A stretch of DNA of 64,000 nucleotides from Fimicolochytrium jonesii (taxonomy: Eukaryota): NCBI RefSeq assembly GCF_025526975.1, contig NW_026515670.1:806001-870000 (forward strand), given 5' to 3'. Position 1 is the first letter of the stretch. Every line of letters begins with the position of its first letter. The notes under the pieces are model-generated. The model ran no database searches and had not been told where the DNA came from. It was given only the letters and a program-made list of their open reading frames with translations. Positions 11,960-22,822 of this stretch are shown in pieces. The translations under genes were made by a program, and so were the position numbers.

Positions 11960-14475
11960 ATGCCAATGTGGCGAGCGTTGAGACCCAGAAACCGGCAAGC
12001 GCACTCGCTTCCCATTTGCGTCAAGTCTGGAAGCCCTTGGATCACGCGCTTATTCGCAACGAAAGTGAGTGCTTTTCTGTACGAAGTGCAAAAGCGCTTA
12101 CGATGAGAGACGATTCTAAGACTGGGCCGCAGCATAGAGGTACTGAGGAAAGCAAGAACTTTTCCCCGGGCATTCCACCAACAGAGCCAACAACTGCCCT
12201 GGTATCAGCGTTTTGGAGAGACATCATGAAGTTTGCGCGTGAGCCCGCTCTGTACAGCTTGGGACATACAAACGGAGTGGGAACAACGCTGACTCCAAGC
12301 GTAGCTGATGGCGAGAAAGGACTTCGACGGCTACTTGAGGCTACGATGCTCTCCAGGCGAGAGCAAGGGGACATATTGCCTAGCTTGCTAGCCCGACAGT
12401 GTTGCGAGTTCTACGAGTCGTTGGACTTGGTATGGAAGTCCGATTGCGCACCTCCCGCAGATTCATGAGATATAAACAAAGAGATCCCCGTAGAGCCATA
12501 GGAAGGACTTTCTTCGCACACTGGGGCGCGATTTTGGCAAGTGTTTGGCCCGTTGGACACTGCCATCGGTATATACGGATCAGGCGAAGAGCTAACGATG
12601 CTCGCGAATCAGATGTGAAGCAAGACCAAGTCGTCGCTTCGGCTCAGGCTTACATCGACGCGGTTGCTGCGGTATGTGGTACAGAAATACCTACGATAGT
12701 GGATGCGAGCTTGGAGTTTCTGGCTGCCATCTTGACCTTCGGTTGTCGTGTTGTAGGGCAGCAATGGCAGTCGAAAGCTGCCCAGAGCAGAAGAGACTCT
12801 CCGAGAATCCTTACGTCCACTGTACGAAAAGTTTTTTGATCAGATACGGGGCCTGCCAGGTGGGATGCCATTCCTGATCACTATGCGATCGAACTTACTG
12901 GTGGGTGCGTGGTTGTTCCTTTCCCGTATGCCGGGCGAGTCAAACACTAAACGGGATTTATCAGGACATATTGAAGCAAGAAGGAAGTGATCCACATCTA
13001 CGGGCTCTGAATGAATCATTGAAGAGTCAGTTGAAACAATGGTTTGGGATAGGGTCTTTGGATCTGGAGAGGATCTCGTGGGACACGTCTGCTAGCGTTC
13101 TGGAAAAGGTGTGCGATGAAGAAGAAAAGCATGAGCAAGGCCGAGACACCTCAGCTGACATTCTCCGCCGCCAAGATCGTTCATTATGAGGCCGTTCATG
13201 CCGTCCCAACATGGCAAGCATTGAAGCAGCGGCTGGGCCCGGGACGACTTTGCTACGCCTTTTTCCACAAAGGAATGCCACAGGAACCCTTAACATTCGT
13301 GCAGATTGCCCTCCTCAAGGAGGTCGCTGGCAACGTTCAAGTATGTCGGCCTTGACTCGCAGTACCGGAGGTTTATCCTGACGCCTCCCACCCCAGGACA
13401 TGTTGAATAATCCTCATCCCGAGGTCATTGATCCAACAGTCGCCATCTTCTATTCAATATCTTCCTCGCAAAAGGGTCGGTGCTCTATTCCTGGGATTCG
13501 GATTTCTTATCGTTGGATCCGAGTGCATGGATCAATTCGGACTGACGGTTCTATATGATCCTCTGTACCTCAGGACTCGCCGGCGTAGATCTTGGCAACT
13601 TCCTAATTAAACGCGTGGTGACAGAGCTGCAGACGTTCCTTCCCACCGTGTCCACCTTCTGCACCCTCTCGCCAATCCCTGGGTTTCGTCGCTGGCTGAC
13701 GACAGCGCTGAACCAGGACGTGTCGGAGCTATTGACTGGGGAGGAGTCTACATCGATAAAACGATTCGCAGGCGAGAAGAAAAGCTCGGCCAGCTCCATC
13801 TTATCGGTAGGTAAACGTAGCTGTTGCTGCACCCGGACTCACCCTCATGATGACGTCGTGCTATGCAGGAAATGATGGCGCGCAAAGACTTCTTAGCGAA
13901 CAGGGAAACACAGGAGGTTCTTCGGCCAATATTACTTCGGCTGTGTGCCAGGTATCTAGTATTGGAAAAACGGCGTTCGCTCGCTCTCGATCCCGTCGGT
14001 AAGTGTGAATCGCAATCGAGCTTCGCAACCGGGCTCGAAGCCTCGTTCTTGATCTGAGATGATGAGCTTGGCGCAGGCAACTTCCATATTCGAAACGGAG
14101 CATGCATGCATAGATTGAACTGGATGGGAGATTCATCCGGTAAGGCATGTACCTTTTATCTTTGCCGTCGCCTCACGCTTATCTGCATCATTGCGCTATC
14201 GCTGTCTGGCCCCATCAGCGAAAGGCCTAGCCCAGTCGTTTGGAATCATGGTGAACTACAACTACATCTTACCTCTCGTCGAGGAAAACAACCAGGCGTA
14301 CTTGGTAGATGGCAGCATCACACTCACGAACGAGTGCGTAAACGCAAAACCCGACGACGGCCCGGAGATGACCGCTCTGCAATGGGCGGTTAAGCAAGCT
14401 CCGGAGGCGCAACGAATGGACGATCGAGGGGTTGTGAGGGTCAGGATAGGGCGAGATAGGGTTGCAAATCTGTAG
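11960..14475 (+). CDS. MLYCD: Malonyl-CoA decarboxylase, many exons (one GC-AG intron)
   Basis: LERISWDTSASVLEKIVHYEAVH, RLCYAFFH, FYSISSSQKGLAGVDLGNFLIKRVV, TLSPIPGF, ALDPVGNFHIRNGA and SFGIMVNYNY. Arg-rich N-terminus; C-terminus -ANL. Confidence 0.94.
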
Positions 14476-14679
14476 AACAATTCTTCGACGGACGCTGAGT
14501 CGCAGTTTCTCACCGCTGTAGCCAATCATCAGAATCTTTTGGAAAGATGTACAAAGAGAACTGTCACACCGCATTTGTATCCTAGACCCAAAAAGTATAA
14601 ATAGATAGATCAGACAGAGATGCAGACTCCTCAACAACCGGGCGGTCCCAAAAACTTTTCTGCCCCAGATAAAATGAGA

Positions 14680-17600
14680 TCAAACCACATCACTCCCAAA
14701 CGTCCACTCCCTCGCGAAATAGAACTCCCTCGGCGGCGCCCCGCCCACCATCGGCACCCAAACAGTCAGCGGATCCACGCCGACCTGTTCCAAGCGGCAT
14801 CCCCCACACGGACCAAGCACAGGCACGGGTAGCGTGATCGCTAAAGTGCAGTTGCTTTCTGTGGCCACGCTGAACCCGATCGCTTTCAGGTACGAAGAGG
14901 AGGATGCCGTGCGGTCGATGCTGAGCGTGAGCGTTGGCTTGCAGAGATCTCGTTTGGCGCGGTTGCGGAAGGCTTCGTGGTGGACTGAAGAAGTAAATTG
15001 TGAAGTGAGAAAACTGAGATTCCTCACACTAGGGCAGCGGAGTTGGAAAGCCTACCATCCATATGAGCACTTATGATGGGCCATCTGACAGCCTTTGTGA
15101 GCGTCCCGACGATGTTCTCGGCCCATTGCTGGGCAAGCCCGAACCGCCCTGTCGCTCCGCTATTCGCCACCGTGATGGTCGGCATGTTCGCACTTCTCAG
15201 ATTCGCCTGCAATGGGAGCCCAAGCACACATCAGAAGCCATCGGTGGAAAGAGCCTTCATGCAGCAACACCCACATACCTGATGAAACATATAACTATCC
15301 CACCGCATTTGCAACAACAACGTCATGACCCGATTCGTCTCGTACGTTGCTATCATGTAATCCCATGTTCTGTTGCCCTGGTCTTTATAGTAGATGTTGT
15401 TATACAAAATGACATCTTCTTCGGGTAGGCTGCAGTTGAAGTAGATGACCGTTGCCTGCCGTGGTATCACTGTGCGGTGGACGGACTGTATTAGCAGATG
15501 AACTACAGTGGCAACAAGATTGTGAGGCGGACATACCTTCGTACCCAGCATGGTTTGACGAGCCGATCGTGGTCACATAAGGGTGATAAGGGAACGTCGC
15601 GTTGGTGCAATCCCCTCGCGTCGTGTCTCCGACCACAGACGTGTAGCCATGTGCTATGAGGGATTGAAGTGCGTCGACATTATGAATGCCGGTGATCTTA
15701 AAAAGACACGGAAGCGTTCGATTGATATCAGTATATGTAGTGTGTGCATGGAACTGGCAATCCTGTTATCAGGCAAATACCTACCATTGGGGTGACCATC
15801 GAGCGCTTTGCCATGACAGCGGCTTGCAGAAGCCCCGAAAGCCCAGCAAAGAAGGTATTGACCTCTAGTTCGTTATTGGTATCTGAGCGGCTGCAGTGGG
15901 ACGTCAGCGACTCGCCAGCCGAAACCCAGCAACCCGCTTGCAAGCAAGTCTCACTTACGTAGCCTGATCCAAGGACAAATGCGTAAACGTATGCGAACAC
16001 CACCAAAACTGGTCCCTCGTCGCCGTATTGCCCAAAAGCTCCGCATACAACCCATCCTTCAACAGCCCCTCGTGCGTCATCGTCTTGTAGAGCGATACTT
16101 CCGCTGGCCAGTAATTTGTTCCAGTCCCGGGGGATTTTATGAAGTTGTAATTGGGTGTCGTCACGGGAATAGAGACCGACAGGGTGGGAGTTGCCGCTTG
16201 TACCGCTCCAACACCGTTGTACGCCAATGTGAGTCGGAAGGATGATCCGGTTGGCAGTCTTTTGTTTACATCAGTTTGCCATGCGACGATGTTCTGAACG
16301 TCGGCGGGAGTGATGCGGTATTGAGGTGGACCCATGAGGACGTCATCGACCTGATGTGCATATCGGAAGGAAAATGAGGCCTGAATCCGCTTTCGGGAAA
16401 TTTACGTTTTTTGGACCATACATCCATGTTCAGGTATATCCTTCGGAATCCACTGTACAGTTGCCGCGTTCCCCAGTGGACGTATCTACCGAAACGAGCA
16501 TCAGTAACATCGCCTATACTACACTCAAGACTAGAGAATGCTACAGATAAAGTCTACTTACAAGTGCCCGAAAAAGAGACTTGCTGTAGACCACCATCCT
16601 GTGAATCAAACCGTTAATGTGCCTGCCTCGCCGCCTACTTAACATATTCTACGCCTTACCGAATGCCATGAAGAAGGTCATCTGCTCCCTGCCATTCGGA
16701 TATTTGATGAGCTACATTAAAATCGGTTTTCATATGAGAATTGAACGATGGATGTTTTCAATGTGCATCTTGAGGGACTTCCTAACTTACAACTCCAACC
16801 ACTGTCCGCGTAGGGAACTGTCCATCCGAACTCGGGCCTAAGGTCGCAATGGCCGTTGTTGTCGAATTAGTGATGGTGGCGGGATAATGATACAATCCGG
16901 TCGTTGAGAATGTTGCGCCATTCACAAGCCCAGCGCTCGCCACATCTGGGATCTGGACGTACGAGACGTTTTGAGTGACCTACGATCACACCAGGAAGAT
17001 GAGAACTGTTTCCTGATCCGCAGCTAGAGCTCCATTGATCCGTAAACCAAGATCTCACCCCGCTGGCGCAGCATGCAGCATTGGCCGGCCCAACCGGGGC
17101 CGTGCCGGTTGTCGGTCCTGGGTTGTCATCCAACGTAACTCGGCGGACTTTATTCTTCACCTCGAATCTTTCGACAATCAAAACGTCCAGATGAGCTCTT
17201 GAGCCTTCCCTTCAAATTGATTCACGTGCCCTAGCAAGGCTTACGCTGCCAGCTGATCCCACTGAGCCGTCGTCAACGCGCTAATCCAAAGCTTCGTATC
17301 TGGATTCTGATATGGCACCCGTCCCGGACTAAGCACGGTCATGGAATATAGAGCGTTTCGGCTCGCATCTTCCAACGGCAGAGTACTACTTCCATCGGGA
17401 TTGACATATCCGCTTTTGGGAACTATTACGACATCATATGGGATGCTGTAGCTTTTAAGCGTCGTCTCCACTGCTGATGTGTCGGCTTCCGTGGTTGTCA
17501 GCACGAGGACGCGCTGTCGTATTGTTGTTATGCCGGTGCCCGTGAGAGACCGGTCGAGAGAGGAGCCTACGGAAATCTGCCAGCCATGATGTCGGCGTGA

Positions 17601-17739
17601 GTTTCGACGAAGCAGACTGCGCGTGAGCCAGTCGACCTCCGCTTACAGGACGATAACCTCCTGCCATAACTTCCTGCACGAAGATGGCCAGAGAGACTAG
17701 TAGCAGCCAGGCCCATGGGTTGAACTTTCGTGTAGACAT
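14680..17739 (-). CDS. Secreted Agd3-like carbohydrate esterase (CE18 family), multi-exon
   Basis: Signal peptide MSTRKFNPWAWLLLVSLAIFVQEVMA, then SALTTAQWDQL, VDDVLMG, WCSHTFTH, VGDTTR, PRQATVIYFNC, MFHQ|ANLR and EQVGVDPLTVWV, colinear with Aspergillus Agd3. Confidence 0.85.
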
Positions 17740-20084
17740 CCTGGTATGCATCTGATCATGAGAGGCTGTTCTAGCACGGATAGCCGGTTCCAAGAGAGGA
17801 CTTGGCCCCGCTGCCGTGAGTAACTGCATGTAACGTACGACGTCAACAATGAACCAGCGTCGAGCAAATCCGCGCCTGTTGACAAGCGTCGCCTTTGGTA
17901 ACACATGAAAACATATGTACGCCCAGTACCTACCAACTCTACCACCCTGTTTCGCTCACAGCGCACAGGGCTGGGCTCTTGTCGCTATATATAGAGAGAC
18001 TGGAGTTTCTCGTGCTTTTTGGAAGGGCTACGGTGATGCTTTCGCAATTGTGTCTCCGCTTGGATTTGAACTTCCAACGCGTGCACTGATCTGGTAAGCA
18101 AAACGCGTACAGTACACAAGACAGCCATCCCACCCTCATCTTCAACACACAAACATTACTGTATATAGCTAGAAGCCGCTGTCAACCAAGTACCGTTCCT
18201 GGAAAAGCTCTCTATACAGGGGGGCCTAGTACCGCTGGGGAAAGGTCAGACATAGTACCGTTGAGGAAAGGGTCTGCTTAGACAACCGTATGCGCAAATG
18301 CTTGCGCAATCCGCATTTATGACCCAAACGGTGCTCCATGTTGTCCTGTATCGATACATATGACTTTTGAGCATGCCCAAGCTTCGTACCGCTGATGGGA
18401 ACCCATACTGGACAGCCTTCTCGTGGCGGTTCCTGTTGTAGTATTTGGGCTGTCATGGCTCGAGGAAACCAGTGGTCCACTTTTAATTTGGTCCCTGCGT
18501 CTGTTTTTTTCTCTCGATTCGCTTGTAGAGGGACCACTCCACTCCCACTCCAAGTAAACTCTCCTTTTCAGGATGTTTGGTTCCAAGTCCTCCGTTCAAT
18601 ACAAGACAGCGTTTACATTTTCGTCTTGGCCTTGTATCCGTAAGTCCATATGCCTCTGCGTGCTGTGCTGCCGGCCGGCGCGATGGCCACAAGGTCCGGG
18701 TCCCTGAGTTGGCCCTGTCGCGTGCGGAGTAGGTGGATATGCCGATGTGGATGCACGTTTTCCGTATGGATGCACTCGTTTGCGCATAGGCATTGCATGC
18801 CGTCCCGCCATCTGCCTGCTGACCCTCCGCTGAGCCCAAGTTCGCAAGCTCATAGCAGTTGGGAGTATCTCGGGGGTGGTCACCTCCACATAGCAGTGGA
18901 CGTCCCACCTATTCAAGGGCTGTCCCAGGCTTACCACCGTACAAGGTCTGTGAAGGACGTTTCCGAATTGTCCTCGCGAACACATGGCAAGTCGGCTCCA
19001 ACGCTGTTCATCCGTATACCGAACAGCCAAACGGGAACACGCAACGTCTGAGCAACGTGTTGTACCTTGCAAGACAGCCTGGCAGTGCCTTCGAGCAGAA
19101 GTGCCTGCCTTCTCCCCTGCATCGCATCGCTTCTCTTGCGCTTTCCTCAAAGCGAGCACGTTTTGATTCTGGCGTCTGGGAAATGGGCCGCACGGCCCAC
19201 AAAGCCTCGATTTGTCATTTTGGAAGCGATCGACATGACTTGTTGGCGTGCAACTCGAGAGCTACTATGTATGCCCGTATGACGTGGAGGAGTGAGTACC
19301 TCTGAGGTGATGAAGGCGGCGCTCCTGATTGGCCGAGGACGCGAAACGCGTGCCCGAATCCCACATTGACATCATGACGTGGGCCTTTTGCCGATGAATT
19401 GGCGCAAAGGATTGTTTTTTCCGTTCCTTCCCAGCCTTGTCTCAATTGAATCAGGCATTTGGATCGAGTCCCGGGGCGAGGTTCCATCAATGGTCAAAGG
19501 GAGCGAGCCTCAGGGAGGACCTCTCCAGTGACGTGCGCACGATGGCATGGCGTATACGGCATGGGCGGAGGGCGGGGGCGGCCTCTCACAAGCCCTCCCT
19601 GACCGGCGCGCGCGCCACCCTGCTGACTCGCACTGGGGACCCCACAATTACCCCACACTCAACTGCATCATCATGCACATTCATGTTTCACTTTCTTGTC
19701 CACCGGTCATGACTCTCGGAACTCACCGACCTCATCAACCAGTGTTCCGGATTTGGTTTCGCAGCTCGCTTGTCTCTAGTGATCCAACCCTAAACCATGC
19801 CAGATATAAAAGGAGGCTTCATCCGCCGCCGGCCGCCTCGCAGCGAGATTTCAAACAGAAAGCCTCTGTCTGACCGCCGAAAGTTCCAAAACTGTCTGAA
19901 GATTCGCAAAGGGTTGATATTCACGGCACATAAAAGCATCTGGGCCTGCCTTCTATCTATCACAGCCAAACCTGCGTCCCTTTTTTTGGTTCTAGTAGTG
20001 CCCGTTTACCCTTCCATACCGTTCGAATCTTTCACCTGCCGAATTCAAAAAATCACATCTGGACCCCGCTAATCACATGGGAAA

Positions 20085-22577
20085 ATGTCGCCCTCAACAA
20101 TCACCTCACCCACCGCTGTGGACGTCCACCACGATAACGGCTTTCATCGCAAAAGGAGCGTAAAGTCAAATTACGCAAAGCCGGCGCCAGTGCCGGTCAT
20201 CGATTTGCGCGGAAACACATCCCAATCGAATACGGACGATAACCTGAAAGCGTCCATTATCAAAGGGCTCTCGACGAAAAATGTCGAGTACCACTTCGGC
20301 CCGCAGGGACCAACCCTCGTCCGATCGGTCCCGACCATGGTGCTGTACGACGACAAAGGTCTGGAGATCTTTGACAAAATCACGTACGTCGAGGAGTACT
20401 ACCTGACCGAAGCCGAGATTGACGTGCTCCATTCGCACGCCGTTGACTGCGTATCGCGCGTTGCTGGAAACGGCAGCATCTTTGTCGAGCTCGGTTGCGG
20501 TGCCATGCGCAAGACGAAGCACATCCTGCAAGCGATCGAGTCTCTTGGCTTGAAGAACGTGACTTACTACGCTGTCGATTTGAGCGAAGCGTCACTTCGC
20601 GACTCCCTCAGTCCTCTCGCAGACGCCTTCCCAACCATCCAATTCGTAGGACTTTTGGGCTGTTACGAGGACTCTATCCAGTATATCAGCACCACCATTC
20701 CCGCCACGACGTCAAAGACGTACCTCTGGCTCGGCAGCTCGATCGGTAACCTCAACCGCCAGGAAGCCGCCAGCTTCTTACGGCAAATCTGCGACAAGGG
20801 AATGAATGTCGGCGACACATTCCTGTGCGGCATCGACCGCCGCAATGCCCCCGAACTTGTCGGCGCGGCGTATAACGACTCGCAAAATGTGACACGAGAC
20901 TTCATCATGAACGGTTTGGATCACGTCAACACGATTTTCCGCGCAAACGTCTTTGATCGCTCTGCTTTTGAGTATCTGTCCATCTACAACGCCGTCGAGG
21001 GCCGACACGAAGCATACTACAGGTCGCTGAAAGACCAAACGATATCCGCCCCCGGTCACAACCAGATATCGTTGACCAAGGACGAGATCTTGAACGTCGA
21101 GTACAGCTACAAGTACTCCAAGGAAGAGGTAGACGAGCTCGTTGAACAAGCGCAGTTCTACAATGTCGGTAAATACACCGACAGGAGGCAAATGTACGAC
21201 CTCCACCTGTTCCAAAAGCCGCCATTCTTCTTCAAAAAGTCCAACGAGACCCTCACCATCTTACCCTCGATGGAAGAGTGGGGGCAGATGTGGAAAGCAT
21301 GGGACCACATCACAACGACCATGATCCCGGCTTCCGAGCGGCTCACCCGCCCCATCGCATTACGACACCCCTTCATCTTCTACCTGGGCCACATCCCCGC
21401 GTTCCTGGACATCCAGCTGGCCCGCGCGGAAAAGGCGCCTTTGACATCGCCGCAATCGTTCGCACGAATCTTTGAACGCGGCATCGACCCGGATCTTGAC
21501 GACCCCAGCGTGTGCAACCCGCACTCGGAGGTGCCAGATCAGTGGCCGGAGGCGGAAGAGATCATGGAGTACCAGGGACGGGTGAGGGAGCGGTTGCGCA
21601 AGGTCATGGACGATGTTGCGCAGGGGAAGGACGTTGGAAAGCGCTTGAAGCGAGCGCTGTGGATGTGCTATGAGCACGAAGGCATGCATCTCGAGACATT
21701 GCTCTACATGCTCGTCCAATGCTCCACCGCTGTCCCGCCTAAGGGCATCCTGGCCCCGATTCCCAACCAGTTCCCATCGACCAAGCTCGCGGATATGATC
21801 CGCGTTGCACATCCGCAGAACGTCAAGACGGGAATCAACGACCAGGAGTACCTCGATCATGAGCCCACTGCTGCGCTGCCCGTGACGTTTGGATGGGATG
21901 TCGAGAAGCCCGCCCGCGAGTTGCCCGCTGGCAAACCGTACGAGATCCAGTCCCGGACAGTCACCATCGGCGAGTACATTCAGTTCCTAGATAGCGAGAA
22001 AGATGGCTGGAGGGAGGAAACTGGCCTGCTCCCTGCCAGCTGGGCACCCCTTCCATCATCATCTACAGCTCAAAAGGGATTTCTGACGACCGGTCTCTCC
22101 ACCTACGGCGTCAAGACGGTATTCGGCATCCTCCCCTTATCCGACTTCATGACCGCGCCCGTCTCCGTATCCTACAACCAAGCTCACAAATACGCCACGA
22201 CCCGCGGCATGCGTCTACCCACCGAAACCGAGCTCCGCGAGTTCCGCAGCCATGGCAAGCACCAGCCACGCAACTACGGGTTCGCGTCCATGGTCGCGCT
22301 CGGGTCCAGTGACATCGACTCGGACAAACCCGTCATCGACGAAGGGCTGTGGGAGTGGACGTCGACGGTGCTGAACCGGTCGGAGGAGGACGGCTATGTC
22401 AAGTCCGAGGTATATCCTGGATATTCGAGCGACTTTTTCGATGGGAAGCATAATGTGGTGTTGGGCGCCTCCTGGGCGACCATCCCGCGTATCTCCGAGA
22501 GAGAGAGTTTCACCAACTGGTATCAGAGAGGATACCCGTATGTGTTTGCTGGGTTCCGCCTGGCGCGGGACCTTTGA
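20085..22577 (+). CDS. EGT1: Ergothioneine biosynthesis protein 1 (histidine methyltransferase fused to sulfoxide synthase), single exon
   Basis: 830-aa ORF. EgtD-type LYDDKGLEIF..EYYLT, ELGCG, WLGSSIGN and AYND are followed by EgtB-type LRHPFIFYLGH, EHEGMHLETLLY, FGWD, YSSDFFDGKH and NWYQRGYPYVFAGFR. Confidence 0.95.
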   Translation: MSPSTITSPTAVDVHHDNGFHRKRSVKSNYAKPAPVPVIDLRGNTSQSNTDDNLKASIIKGLSTKNVEYHFGPQGPTLVRSVPTMVLYDDKGLEIFDKITYVEEYYLTEAEIDVLHSHAVDCVSRVAGNGSIFVELGCGAMRKTKHILQAIESLGLKNVTYYAVDLSEASLRDSLSPLADAFPTIQFVGLLGCYEDSIQYISTTIPATTSKTYLWLGSSIGNLNRQEAASFLRQICDKGMNVGDTFLCGIDRRNAPELVGAAYNDSQNVTRDFIMNGLDHVNTIFRANVFDRSAFEYLSIYNAVEGRHEAYYRSLKDQTISAPGHNQISLTKDEILNVEYSYKYSKEEVDELVEQAQFYNVGKYTDRRQMYDLHLFQKPPFFFKKSNETLTILPSMEEWGQMWKAWDHITTTMIPASERLTRPIALRHPFIFYLGHIPAFLDIQLARAEKAPLTSPQSFARIFERGIDPDLDDPSVCNPHSEVPDQWPEAEEIMEYQGRVRERLRKVMDDVAQGKDVGKRLKRALWMCYEHEGMHLETLLYMLVQCSTAVPPKGILAPIPNQFPSTKLADMIRVAHPQNVKTGINDQEYLDHEPTAALPVTFGWDVEKPARELPAGKPYEIQSRTVTIGEYIQFLDSEKDGWREETGLLPASWAPLPSSSTAQKGFLTTGLSTYGVKTVFGILPLSDFMTAPVSVSYNQAHKYATTRGMRLPTETELREFRSHGKHQPRNYGFASMVALGSSDIDSDKPVIDEGLWEWTSTVLNRSEEDGYVKSEVYPGYSSDFFDGKHNVVLGASWATIPRISERESFTNWYQRGYPYVFAGFRLARDL

Positions 22578-22822
22578 GTTTAGGGACTGTCTTGCCTTCT
22601 TGTTTTTGCCTTGACTTGCTTCGTTGTATATATCATATTTTTGCAATTTCCATTAGACCCTTGAATTCATCTTTGCTGCTGCAGACTTCGCTTCCGTGTA
22701 TCAATAGCGATCTTTGCGGTCTCTTTCTATTCGTTCGGTTCTGTAGCAGTGCCCGGGAGCACCAAGTGCAAACCGGCGCGAGCACCCAAGTCGCCTAATC
22801 TACATGAAAGATCTAGCTCGAT

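Noticed and set aside
17800..20050. ORFs of 130-190 aa between the Agd3-like gene and EGT1
   Set aside because: No recognisable motif or coherent exon chain; treated as a long divergent promoter region.
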